From: Deltaproteobacteria bacterium | GTDB taxonomy: Bacteria > Myxococcota_A > Polyangia > Polyangiales > Houyiibacteriaceae | NCBI GenBank assembly: GCA_034670305.1 | Contig: JAXMNT010000021.1 | Coordinates: forward strand, 57,762 to 121,761 | Direction of reading: 5' to 3' | Length of the DNA: 64,000 nt | In this document: positions 26,625 to 36,497 of the stretch, piece by piece | How the letters are laid out: every line of letters begins with the position of its first letter | Position numbering within the stretch: the stretch's first letter is position 1 | The notes under the pieces: generated by a model | Seen by the model: the letters and a program-made list of their open reading frames with translations, nothing else | Databases searched by the model: none | What the model was told of the DNA's origin: nothing | Made by a program: the position numbers and the translations under genes

Positions 26625-29441
26625 ATGCCGACGCTTCGTTCTCTTCTTTGTGTGTGTCTCGTGGGTTCGCTTGCATGTGGAGACGACGACACGTCCCCGC
26701 CGGTGGACGCTGGCCCCGGCGAAGACGTCGTGGTGGAAGAGGATGGAGGCCGTCCCGGTCTGTGCATGCCTCAAGGCATCCGCTGGAACGCGTCTCGGGT
26801 CGACACCATCGTCGGCACGACCCGGTTCGTCCGCCTCTCGCTCATCCGGGATCTCTGCGACGACGCGGTGCTGAGTGTGTCGGCGTCGGTCGATGGCATC
26901 GTGACCGTGGTCGACACCGTGACGATCCCCGCTGGCGAGAGCCGCGCGGAGCTCGACGTCACCGGCGCGATGGTCGGCGACACGGTGCTGACCGCGACGT
27001 TCGTCGACCTGCCCGGAACGCCAGACGAGACTGTTTTCACCGACGACATCGACGTGACCGTCTTCGAAGAGACGGTGCCCGCCTGCGAAGGCGCCGAAGC
27101 GACCGGCATGCTGACCTACGACGGCGAGCTCCGCTTCAACAGCACCGTTGTCGGCCTCTCGCTTCCGGAAGGTGCGCAGCGCGACGACGAGTACCACGTC
27201 GATGAATTCATGGCGTCGGTCGGCTGTGCGCCGGACCAGGTGCCCGATGGTTTCTCTGCGCTCGGCCCAGCCATCGCGTTCGGACCGGCGCACAGCCGCT
27301 TCTCACGCGAACTGCCGCTGACCATTCCGGTCAACGTGGGCCTGTTGCCCGAGAACGTGTACCGCGGGCAGGTCCGCATGAGCTACACGGGCCCCGGCGT
27401 CAGCGAGCCGCGCCTCGTGCCGGTCGCGTCGCCGGACTTCGAGACCAACCCCGGCTTCGTCACGTTCTTCGCGCCGCGCCTCGGCACCTACCAGGCCGTG
27501 GTCGCGCCGCCGGTCACGCGCGAACGCGAGTTCAGCTACCGCGGCATCATGGGCGTCTCCATGGGCTCTGGCGGCGCCGGCCTGATCGGTGCGCACAACG
27601 TCGACCGATTCGACTTCATCGGTCCCCTCGGCGGCCCCGTCGATTGGATCAGCCTCATGCACTACATCCGCACCTACCACCTCGGCGGCTTCTGCACCGA
27701 AGCGGAGTACGTGGCGGACATGATGTTGGATGAGGAAGATCGAGTCTGTGGAGAGGCGCGCGTCGATCGCACCCCACCGACCGACCAACTCTTCGAGGTT
27801 CAGCAGGACTTCGAGCATTGGTTCTACGAGGACGAGCAACGCGGCCATGGGGGCACCTTCGACCGGGACGAGTACATCCGGATCTTCCGCGACCTCGCGA
27901 TGATGTTCGGCAACCCGAACACGACCGCCGTCTCCGATCCCACCGGCCCCAACGTCTTGCCGCCGGGCATCCCCGACAGCGACCGGATGCGCGAAGACGC
28001 CGACCGCTGCGCGAACCCGGTCGTCATCGAGTCCGGCTACTTCGACGACGAGTACAACCCCGAGGGCACCCACCCGGTCATCACGTTCTGCGACGGCGGC
28101 GAGCTCCGCGACGAGACCGGCGACCGCGACATCGGCGTGTGGGCACCGGAAGGCAACACGCGCCCGATCGAGGTCGCGCTGGCCGTCGACCGCAACAACA
28201 ACGGCATCCGCGACCGCGGCGAGCCGGTCATCCGCGCCGGCCGCGAGGACTTCGAAGACTGCGGCCTCGACCAGCTCTGCAACCCGGACGAAGCCGGCTT
28301 CGACGCGGTGACGAACCCGGACCCGGCCGGCGACGACTACGACTTCCAGTACAACCCCAACGGCACCGAGGGCAACTGGATGCGCGACTTCACCGGCCCA
28401 CCGGTGGGCGAGTGTGCGAGCCCGAACCCGAGCCCCGCGCCCGGCGTCGGCGAGCGCTTCACGGACAACGGCCTCGACGGCGTGCCCGGCACCGACCAGC
28501 TCGACGCCGGCGGCTACGACAGCGGCGAGGGCGACGGCTGCTGGACGCTCTCCCGCGGCCTGGCGCACATGTTCGCCAACAACCCGCGCGGCTTCGTGCT
28601 CGAGGCGGAGCCGGAGGTCCTTCAGAACGTCGACTTCTTCAGCGACGGTGGCATCCGAGACCTCTTCAACTTCGCGACCAACCAGAACCACCTCGCGGGT
28701 GCGTTCTCGGCCCGCGGTCTGCCGCTCAACCTCTACAACTCGCACGCCGCGCTTCGGTACGACGGGCAGTTCGAGGACGCGGACTTCTCGTACACCGGCA
28801 TCGACTGGCGCGAGACCGGCAAGTTCGTCCAGATCCGCTACGGCAACGTGGACGCGGCCGAAGGCCGGGTCATCCAGGGCGACGGACAGCACGTCGGCAC
28901 GCCGACCCAGATCATCAACCGTTTGCTCAGCGTGCTCGGCTGGATGAGTCAGCGCTGGCCCGGCGGCGACCGACGCTACGTGCAGGACCGCATCTGTTCG
29001 GAGCCGAGCGAGGTCTGCCCGCAGCCGAACCAGTTCGCGTTCGAGTTCACCGCGCCGTCCACCGGCCGCACCGGCCCCGTCGCGGTCGTGCTTCCGCCCG
29101 GCTACAACCGCCCCGAGTACGCGGACGTCGACTACCCGGTCGTCTACCTGCTGCACGGGTACGGACAGGATCCCGAAGACCTCGTGTCCATCGGCATCGT
29201 CATCTGGAACTTCATGATCTCGCGCACCATCGCCGAAGCAGAACGGCTCCAGAAGATGATCTTCGTCTTCCCGGATGGCCGCTGCCGCAACGGCGAATGC
29301 GTGAAGGGCACGTTCTACACGGACGCGCCGGAAGGCACGCCGGACGGCGCGCAGATGGAGACCTTCATGTTGGATCTGATGGACCACATGGACGCCAACT
29401 ACCGCACCCGAGACTCGGAGACGCATACCGTCATCGAGTAG
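26625..29441 (+). CDS. Large lipoprotein with a circularly permuted alpha/beta-hydrolase (esterase) domain
   Basis: Lipobox SLAC; GVSMG lies far N-terminal of LPPGY...YPVVYLLHGYG...IFVFPDG...YRT. Confidence 0.8.
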   Translation: MPTLRSLLCVCLVGSLACGDDDTSPPVDAGPGEDVVVEEDGGRPGLCMPQGIRWNASRVDTIVGTTRFVRLSLIRDLCDDAVLSVSASVDGIVTVVDTVTIPAGESRAELDVTGAMVGDTVLTATFVDLPGTPDETVFTDDIDVTVFEETVPACEGAEATGMLTYDGELRFNSTVVGLSLPEGAQRDDEYHVDEFMASVGCAPDQVPDGFSALGPAIAFGPAHSRFSRELPLTIPVNVGLLPENVYRGQVRMSYTGPGVSEPRLVPVASPDFETNPGFVTFFAPRLGTYQAVVAPPVTREREFSYRGIMGVSMGSGGAGLIGAHNVDRFDFIGPLGGPVDWISLMHYIRTYHLGGFCTEAEYVADMMLDEEDRVCGEARVDRTPPTDQLFEVQQDFEHWFYEDEQRGHGGTFDRDEYIRIFRDLAMMFGNPNTTAVSDPTGPNVLPPGIPDSDRMREDADRCANPVVIESGYFDDEYNPEGTHPVITFCDGGELRDETGDRDIGVWAPEGNTRPIEVALAVDRNNNGIRDRGEPVIRAGREDFEDCGLDQLCNPDEAGFDAVTNPDPAGDDYDFQYNPNGTEGNWMRDFTGPPVGECASPNPSPAPGVGERFTDNGLDGVPGTDQLDAGGYDSGEGDGCWTLSRGLAHMFANNPRGFVLEAEPEVLQNVDFFSDGGIRDLFNFATNQNHLAGAFSARGLPLNLYNSHAALRYDGQFEDADFSYTGIDWRETGKFVQIRYGNVDAAEGRVIQGDGQHVGTPTQIINRLLSVLGWMSQRWPGGDRRYVQDRICSEPSEVCPQPNQFAFEFTAPSTGRTGPVAVVLPPGYNRPEYADVDYPVVYLLHGYGQDPEDLVSIGIVIWNFMISRTIAEAERLQKMIFVFPDGRCRNGECVKGTFYTDAPEGTPDGAQMETFMLDLMDHMDANYRTRDSETHTVIE

Positions 29442-29517
29442 TGTTCGAAGAAGTGGAACCAACGACGCCCATCAAGCGCTGCTTGGTGGGCGTTTTGTTT
29501 TCTCGCTGCTCAGGCAA

Positions 29518-31440
29518 TCAGTCGCGCATCCAGGAGACGGCGAGCATCGCGGGGCCGGCGACGGTGGCGAGCGCGATCCAGAGCTGCGCGTGGTCCGGGA
29601 ACGCGAGCACGAGCAGCGCGCCCGCGAAGAGGCCGGGCGCGGCGACGTAGAAACGCCGGTCCGCCAGCAAGCCCGCGAGCACACATCCGCTGGCAAAGAA
29701 GAACAGCTCGATCGCGGTGCTGCGCAGATCCCACAGCCCCATCGCCAAGCTGATCATGCGCAGCAACACCCCGAGCAGCGTCAGGTAGACCAGGGTGAGC
29801 AACATGCGGCGTCCGCGGCGGTTGCTCGCGGTTCGGCGGCGCGTGATCCAGCCACCGACGGCGAAGAACCCCGCCAGCAGCACGTCGTAGATGAGCGTGT
29901 GCCACCACTGGTACTCGAGCATGCCGGCGCGCCGCAGTCCGTAGGCGACGAGGATCGGCAGCGCGACCACGAGTGTGCCGACGAAGAGCAGCCGCCCGCG
30001 GGTCTGACCGCCCGGGTCGTCGCTCTCCTCGTGGCCGAGGCGCTCGAGGCGCGCCGCTTCTTCGCGCTGCCGCTGCGCTTCTTGTCGGAGAGGCTCCGTG
30101 CGTTCGTCGTCGCCGACCTCTTCCAGCAACGTCTCGGCCGACGCCGCTTCGCCCCGCACCAGGTGGTAGTGCGCCATCACGAGCAACGCGGACTGCTGGC
30201 CTTCCACGGCGGACTCGTTGCCCGGCCACTGGTGGATCGCTTCGAGAAACCCGAACCGGCACCGCCCGAATGTGCGCTGCACGGTGGCGTTGCGATCGTC
30301 GCTGCGGGATGGGATGCGGGGCCCCGGTTTGGTGGGTTCGTCTTCGACCGCGTCGACGAGTGCCCGCAGGTCCTTCAACTCATCGTGTGCCTGTCGGGCG
30401 AGGCGTGCGCTGTTGCGGTGTTCCAGAAACCCGGCGATGGCGTCTCGCAGTGCTTCGACCGTCTCGTGCCGGTTCTCTGGATCGGGCTGCATCGCCTTCT
30501 TGCAGATCGCGGCCAGTTCGCTGGGCAGGTCGTCCGGCAACTCCGGCGGTTGCGCGTCGTACGCGGCGTAGAGCATCGCTTGCAGGCTCTCGCCGGTGTG
30601 GGGCGGCCGGCCGACGAGCAGCTCGTAGAGGGTGGCGCCGAGCAGGTACACGTCGGTTCGCGGGCCGAGCGCGCGCCGCGCGACGTCGACCATCTCGGGC
30701 GCGAGGTACGCCGGTGTGCCGAGCACCTCGCTGACCTCGTCGGCCATGGGGAGCCAGCCGCGGTACTTCTCGTTCGTGCAGACGGCGACGCCCCAGTCGA
30801 CCAGGACCACCTCCCGAAACGGACCGATCATCACGTTGTCGGGCTTCAGATCGAGGTGCAGCACCCCGCGTGCGTGGCCGTAGTGCACCGCGTCGCACAC
30901 CCGCATCAGGACCCGCAGATGCCAGCCGAGGCGATCGTCGCCGGAGCTGCGCGCGAGGGGATGATCCGGGTCGTGCATCACCCGCCTCCAGGGCACGCCT
31001 TCGATGCGTTTCATGACCAGGACCGGCGCGTTGCGTTCGTCGGTCTCGAGCCCGTAGAGCGGTACGACGTTCGGATGTTCGACCAGGCCGAGCATCCGAG
31101 CCTCCCGCAGCAGCCGCTGTCCGAACGACTCTTCGAGGAACTCGTCCCGCAACGTCTTGAGCGCGACGTCGCGGCGCAGCCCGCCCTGCTCGGCGAGCTG
31201 AATGGTGCCCATGCCGCCTTCGGCGAGCGGCCCCTTGATCCGCAACCGGCTGCTGCTGCGGTCCTCTTCCGCGGGCGGCGCGAGGGAACGCCGCGGGGGC
31301 GGCGGTACGCTGTGGCCTTCGCCCCGGACCTTGGGCGCGAGCGTTGGCTCCAGCGTGGCGTCGAGTGCCAGACCGTCCGGGACCGCGTCCATGTCGAGCA
31401 GCTCCATCAGCTGCTCGAGCGTCATCCTGCCGGTCGCCAT
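29518..31440 (-). CDS. Ser/Thr protein kinase (non-RD) with multi-pass TM C-terminus
   Basis: AEGGMG, VALK, HLDLKPDN, DWG and GTPAYLAPE motifs; about 5-6 hydrophobic helices at the C-terminus. Start uncertain (31440 or 31425). Confidence 0.88.
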   Translation of the reverse strand: MATGRMTLEQLMELLDMDAVPDGLALDATLEPTLAPKVRGEGHSVPPPPRRSLAPPAEEDRSSSRLRIKGPLAEGGMGTIQLAEQGGLRRDVALKTLRDEFLEESFGQRLLREARMLGLVEHPNVVPLYGLETDERNAPVLVMKRIEGVPWRRVMHDPDHPLARSSGDDRLGWHLRVLMRVCDAVHYGHARGVLHLDLKPDNVMIGPFREVVLVDWGVAVCTNEKYRGWLPMADEVSEVLGTPAYLAPEMVDVARRALGPRTDVYLLGATLYELLVGRPPHTGESLQAMLYAAYDAQPPELPDDLPSELAAICKKAMQPDPENRHETVEALRDAIAGFLEHRNSARLARQAHDELKDLRALVDAVEDEPTKPGPRIPSRSDDRNATVQRTFGRCRFGFLEAIHQWPGNESAVEGQQSALLVMAHYHLVRGEAASAETLLEEVGDDERTEPLRQEAQRQREEAARLERLGHEESDDPGGQTRGRLLFVGTLVVALPILVAYGLRRAGMLEYQWWHTLIYDVLLAGFFAVGGWITRRRTASNRRGRRMLLTLVYLTLLGVLLRMISLAMGLWDLRSTAIELFFFASGCVLAGLLADRRFYVAAPGLFAGALLVLAFPDHAQLWIALATVAGPAMLAVSWMRD

Positions 31441-31573
31441 GAATCGCCGCGATGCTACCAGCATGTGCGGTCGGGGCCAGGCGCCTCGAAGGTGCACGGA
31501 CCCGAGGGTCCGCCGACCGGTCCGGTCTGGACCGAAGCCGTGTCGCGGGGAAGAACGCTGCTACACTCGTGGG

Positions 31574-33976
31574 ATGAAATTCGTCTTCTGGGTGCTTGCT
31601 TCGCTGTCGCTGATCGTGGGTTGTGGTGGGGACGACAGTGGGGGCAGCTGCACCACCGCGGCGGACTGTGTGGCCGGGGCCGCCTGCGTCGATGGCATGT
31701 GCGTGCGCCGGATGGACGGCGGCGGAACCGACACCGGCGGCGGCGGCATGGACACCGGCGAGATGTGCCCGACCGAAGAGCGGACCTGCCGGGGTGGCAG
31801 CGCATGCTGTGCCGAGGGCGAAGAGTGCGTGGACGGGCTGTTCTGTTTCGACGTCTGCGAGAACACCCGATGCGGCGACAACGGCGCGGTGTGCTGCGGC
31901 GCGGACCAGACCTGCCTCGACGGCGTCCTGTGCGCCGCCGACTGTGCGGCGGACCGCGAACTCTGCGGCGCAGACCTCGAGCTCTGCTGCGACGCGGGCG
32001 ATGCGTGCGTGGCCGACGCCTGCGTCACGCCGGGCATCGAGTGCGGCGACGACTTCGACTGCCGCGACGCGGCGCTCTACTGCGAGCCGACCATCGGCCG
32101 CTGTTTGCCGACCCCGGGTGGCGAGGTCTGCGAAGTGCGCCCCGAGTTCGACGACATCTCGCTCGCGCTCGAGTGGCACTGGGAAGGCGTGATGTCCGCC
32201 GGCCGCCTGTACAGCGAGGTCATCACCCCGCCGGTCACTGGTGACGTGAGCGGCGACGGCATCCCCGACGTGATCGTTCCTGCCTACACCGGCACCGTCT
32301 ACCACGACCCGGTTCTGGTCGCGCTCAGCGGCGACACCGGCGCGCTCGTGATGCTCGTCGAACGCGACGGAGCGAACCGCGTGAGCCCCGAGGGCGAGGG
32401 CACCGCGCTCGCCAACTTCGACCCGAGCGACGACGCCCTCGAGATCGCGTACCGCCTCGACATCGGCGGCTTCCGCATCGTGGACGGCGACGGGGTCACG
32501 GAGATCGCGTACCGCACCGGCGAGAACATCCGCGGCACGATTGAGATCGCGGACCTGAACGCCGATGGCACGCCCGATCTGATCCTCGGCTGCCGCGCCT
32601 TCAACGGCCTCGACCCGAGCGACGCGAGCATGGACTTCTTCGACCGCGGCAACTGTGCCACCGGCGGATACTCGGCGACCTCGATCGCCGACCTCGACGG
32701 AGACGGAGAACCCGAAGTCACGTCCGGCGCGGTCGCGGTGAACGTCGATGGCTCCATCTTGTGGGGCAGCACCACTGGCGCCCATGCGCTGACGGCGATC
32801 GCCGACATGGACGTCAACGGCACCCCGGAGGTCATCACCGTGCGCGGCGGCGTGGTCGACATCCTCGACGGAGCCACCGGCGTGCGCTGGAGCGGGCTCT
32901 CCGCCCCGCTGCCCATTCCAGGCGGCGGCACCGGTGGCGCGCCGACCGTCGCCGACTTCGACGGCGATGGGCTCCCAGAGATCTCAGCCGCGGGCCGGGC
33001 CTTCTACACGGTCTACGATCCGGACTGCACGAGCGGCACCCCGCGCGCCGGCGGGACCTGCGTCTCGGGTGCGACCGACGGCATCCTCTGGTCCACCGGG
33101 ACCCAGGATCTGAGCTCCAGCGTGACCGGCTCGAGCGTGTTCGACTTCCAAGGGGATGGCGTCGCCGAGGTCGTCTACAACGACGAGTGTTTCCTCCACA
33201 TCTACGACGGCGAGACCGGCGAAGAGTTGCTCATGGAGCCGATTCCGAACAGTTCGCGCACCGGGTTCGAGTACCCGACCGTGGTCGACGTGGACGGGGA
33301 CGGAAACTCTGAGATCGTCGTCGGTGCCAACCGCGACCAGGCGGTCATCCGCGACCACTGCGACGATGCCTATTCGCGCGAGTTCGGGGTGCCGATCGCG
33401 GAGCTGCCGCCGGAGTACGCACGCGGCACCACGGGCGTGTTCTCCTACGGCGATTCGTTCGACCGATGGGTCGGCACCCGCCCGATCTGGAACCAGTTCA
33501 GCTACCACGTGAGCAACGTCGGACGCGACGGCTCGGTGCCTGCGGTGGAAGCGGACAACTGGACCACGGCCGGCCTCAACAACTACCGCCAGAACGTGCA
33601 GGGCGCGGGCATCTTCAACGCGCCGAACCTGGTCGTCGAACTCACCGCGGTCGACGCGTGCGGCTCGAGCGAAGTGCGGCTCTCGGCGCTGGTCCGCAAC
33701 GAAGGCTCACGCGGCGTCGCGGCGGGCGTCGCGGTGCAGTTCGTCCGCACCGACACCGGCACCGACGAAGTGGTCGGCAGCGCCAACACGACCCGCGCGC
33801 TCCTGCCGGGCGGCACCGAGCGGTTGACCATCGTCGTGACCGTGCCGCTCGACGTCGAGCTGACCTTCGAGGCGCGCGTGGACGGCTCGGACGCCGCACC
33901 CGCGGGGCTCGTGGTGGAGTGCAACGAAGACGACAACGCCGACGCCGCGATGGCGATGTGTCCGAGCTTCGGCTGA
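31574..33976 (+). CDS. Cys-rich lipoprotein with FG-GAP/VCBS repeats and CARDB-like C-terminus
   Basis: Lipobox IVGC; ADLDGDGEPEV, ADFDGDGLPEI, FDFQGDGVAEV and DVDGDGNSEI repeats; VRNEGSRG...ECNEDDN. Confidence 0.88.
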   Translation: MKFVFWVLASLSLIVGCGGDDSGGSCTTAADCVAGAACVDGMCVRRMDGGGTDTGGGGMDTGEMCPTEERTCRGGSACCAEGEECVDGLFCFDVCENTRCGDNGAVCCGADQTCLDGVLCAADCAADRELCGADLELCCDAGDACVADACVTPGIECGDDFDCRDAALYCEPTIGRCLPTPGGEVCEVRPEFDDISLALEWHWEGVMSAGRLYSEVITPPVTGDVSGDGIPDVIVPAYTGTVYHDPVLVALSGDTGALVMLVERDGANRVSPEGEGTALANFDPSDDALEIAYRLDIGGFRIVDGDGVTEIAYRTGENIRGTIEIADLNADGTPDLILGCRAFNGLDPSDASMDFFDRGNCATGGYSATSIADLDGDGEPEVTSGAVAVNVDGSILWGSTTGAHALTAIADMDVNGTPEVITVRGGVVDILDGATGVRWSGLSAPLPIPGGGTGGAPTVADFDGDGLPEISAAGRAFYTVYDPDCTSGTPRAGGTCVSGATDGILWSTGTQDLSSSVTGSSVFDFQGDGVAEVVYNDECFLHIYDGETGEELLMEPIPNSSRTGFEYPTVVDVDGDGNSEIVVGANRDQAVIRDHCDDAYSREFGVPIAELPPEYARGTTGVFSYGDSFDRWVGTRPIWNQFSYHVSNVGRDGSVPAVEADNWTTAGLNNYRQNVQGAGIFNAPNLVVELTAVDACGSSEVRLSALVRNEGSRGVAAGVAVQFVRTDTGTDEVVGSANTTRALLPGGTERLTIVVTVPLDVELTFEARVDGSDAAPAGLVVECNEDDNADAAMAMCPSFG

Positions 33977-34061
33977 GGGGCGACACCCAACATCGTTTGC
34001 GCCGTGCCTCCCCGCCGAACCGGACGTGGGAGCGCGGCGGGGAACGTGCTAGGCGTGCCGG

Positions 34062-34580
34062 ATGCCGACCTACGATGCCGCGCAAGCCGAGTGTTTCGTC
34101 TTCTCGTTCAAGGACGGTCTTCTGTCGAAGATCGCGCACGACCTCAAGATCCGAGTCGAGACGCTGGAGCTGACGGTGGACGGCGACTCGGTGTCCGCGC
34201 GCTTCGACGCGGGCAGCTTGCGGGTGGTGTGTGCGCGCAAAGCCAAGATGGACGCACCGGGCACCCTCGGTGCCTCGGACAAGAAGAAGATCGAGAAGAA
34301 CATCCGTGAGGACGTGCTCGCCGCGAAGAAGCACCGCGACATCACGTTCGTGTCCACCAAGGTCGTGCGCGACGACGACGGCGCGCTGGTCTCGGGCGAC
34401 CTCACCCTGCACGGCCGCACCCGCGCCATCGAGACCCGCGTCACCCGCCGCGGCGACCGGTGGTTCGCCGCGCTCGAGCTCGATCAACGCGACTTCGGCA
34501 TCACGCCCTTCAAAGCGATGCTCGGCACCCTGAAGATCCAGCCCATCGTGGGCGTGGAACTCAGCATCCCAGCCAGCTGA
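34062..34580 (+). CDS. YceI family protein
   Basis: FKDGLLSKIAHDL, VLAAKKHRDITF, GDLTLHG and DQRDFGITPF motifs. Confidence 0.85.
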   Translation: MPTYDAAQAECFVFSFKDGLLSKIAHDLKIRVETLELTVDGDSVSARFDAGSLRVVCARKAKMDAPGTLGASDKKKIEKNIREDVLAAKKHRDITFVSTKVVRDDDGALVSGDLTLHGRTRAIETRVTRRGDRWFAALELDQRDFGITPFKAMLGTLKIQPIVGVELSIPAS

Positions 34581-34602
34581 CCGGCGGCGCCGGTCCCTTG
34601 CC

Positions 34603-35790
34603 CTAGAACCTCGTGCCGAGCCGGATCTCCGCACCCAGGGCGAGGGCGCCGCCGTTGGCGCTCAGGTACTGGAGTTCGCCGACGCTGAGTTCGGCGTAGA
34701 ACTTGTTCGTCACGTTGTAGGCGGCGATCGCGGAGACGCGCGCCATGAAGTTCGGCACCCGATTGCCGCTGACGCTCTGGAAGAAGCCGACCTCGATCGA
34801 GGCGCCGAGGTGCAGCGGGAACGTGAACGGGCTCGCGAGGTACACGCCGCCGGCGAAGAGCGCGATCGCGCTGGCGCTTCCGAAGTCGTACTCGACGCCG
34901 GCCCGCAGCTCGAACCCGGGCAAGCTCTCGAAGCCGCGGCCGACCCGGAGCGCGAGGCTGCCGAGGGCGCCGCCGGTGCCGCCAGCGCCGGTCTTCACGA
35001 GACCACGCACGCCGCCGCCAACCTGCAACATCATCCGTCCATCCGCGACGCCGTAGCGGTCGCGGGTCTCGAAGGCGTGGGCTTCGTTGGCTTCGCGTTC
35101 GGCCGCTTCGCGTTCGGCCGCCTCGCGTGCTTCTCGCGCTTCGCGCTCGCGCTCCGCTTCTTCGGCCGCTTCGCGTTCGAGGCGGGCGGCTTCGTCGAGC
35201 CGCGCTTGTTCTTCCGCGTCGCGTTCGGCGATGCCCTCGGCAAGCCGGGCCGTTCGGTCCTCGCCCGCCAACGCGACCCCGTCGTCGCTCAATCCTTCGG
35301 GGCGCAGCATGGCTTGGAGCAACTCGACGAGCCGGTCGTCCTCGCGCGACAGCCGGACCTCGGCGTCGAGTTCTTCCACGCGGGTGGAGGGCGCGTAGCC
35401 GACGCGGAGCGTGAGGTAGTACCCGCGGGCGTGGTGGTCGTGTACGACGGGCACGATCGACCACGTCGCGTTCTGGAGCTCGGCCACGGCCCGCATCTCG
35501 TTGGCCGTCTCGGGCGGCGCGCCTCGAACCTCCGTTGCGCCGGCTTCGGTGACGGCTTCATGGGAGAGGGTGCGCACCGCTTCGGCAACCCGTTCTTCGA
35601 TTCGGTCGAGCTCTTCTTGGCTCGCACCACCGGTTCCACCGGAGGTCGTCGGAGGCAGCACGACGACCCGATCCGCCTTCGCCGGCGTCGCGGCGAGCAC
35701 ACCCGCGCCGATCAGCGCGATCGCGACGAGATGACGCGACCAGCGGCGGCAGAGAGAACGATGGTTCACGTTTGAAAGGGGAAAGCCCAT
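34603..35790 (-). CDS. Secreted protein: N-terminal alpha/beta domain, charged coiled coil and small C-terminal beta-barrel
   Basis: Signal peptide ending AKA; EAAER-rich helix; amphipathic strands ending in Phe (LGTRF). Start 35790 or 35769. Confidence 0.75.
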   Translation of the reverse strand: MGFPLSNVNHRSLCRRWSRHLVAIALIGAGVLAATPAKADRVVVLPPTTSGGTGGASQEELDRIEERVAEAVRTLSHEAVTEAGATEVRGAPPETANEMRAVAELQNATWSIVPVVHDHHARGYYLTLRVGYAPSTRVEELDAEVRLSREDDRLVELLQAMLRPEGLSDDGVALAGEDRTARLAEGIAERDAEEQARLDEAARLEREAAEEAEREREAREAREAAEREAAEREANEAHAFETRDRYGVADGRMMLQVGGGVRGLVKTGAGGTGGALGSLALRVGRGFESLPGFELRAGVEYDFGSASAIALFAGGVYLASPFTFPLHLGASIEVGFFQSVSGNRVPNFMARVSAIAAYNVTNKFYAELSVGELQYLSANGGALALGAEIRLGTRF

Positions 35791-35881
35791 GGGTGGCCCA
35801 CAATGGGGCAAGAACCCGGCCAAGTCCCAGTTTAATGGGCGTTCGGCCTCCGGCTGGGTCGTTTTGGCCATCGCCGCTCGG

Positions 35882-36340
35882 CTACTGGAAGTGGACTTCG
35901 AGGTCTTCGCAGGGCGTGGGGGCGAAGCCGCCGTCGTCGGTGCGCGATCCGCAGGAGAAGCCGGCGGGGAAGTCGTGGACCCACGCTTCGCTGTGTTCGC
36001 TCGCGTCGTCGATGAACACGAGCGCCACGCCCGAGGCGGCGCCCGTGGTGCGCGCGAGCGGGGTGCCGAGCCGAGGCACGGTGCCGAGCGGCAGGAGCAG
36101 GATCTCGCCGAGCGCCAAGCCACGGTCGAACGCGGCGGCTGGGGGGCGGTCTGCGAGTGCGACCTCGAAGCGACCGTCCTCCGCGTGGCCTTCGCCGTAG
36201 AGCAGCCCTGGCTGGCCCCACCGCACCGTCAGCGTGCCCGGATCGTCGTTGGTCAGCGTGCCTTCGGCGCGCATCGACCGTCCGCAGGCCGCGGCGACCA
36301 ACACCGACAAGACCACCAAGCTGACAACGATCCACCGCAC
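35882..36340 (-). CDS. Hypothetical lipoprotein
   Basis: GTG start, hydrophobic leader, lipobox AAAC. Confidence 0.65.
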   Translation of the reverse strand: MRWIVVSLVVLSVLVAAACGRSMRAEGTLTNDDPGTLTVRWGQPGLLYGEGHAEDGRFEVALADRPPAAAFDRGLALGEILLLPLGTVPRLGTPLARTTGAASGVALVFIDDASEHSEAWVHDFPAGFSCGSRTDDGGFAPTPCEDLEVHFQ

Positions 36341-36497
36341 GATGGGTGGTTTACGTTGCAAGCACCGATCCACTTCCCGCGCATGGTCGATTGTTCCAAA
36401 CCCCCGACGATCCGCACCGCAGCCAGACGCTCAGGTCCGCACAACCCAGTCGATCACTGCCATCCGTGTCATGGGTGTCGTCCCTCGTTCACGTGGT

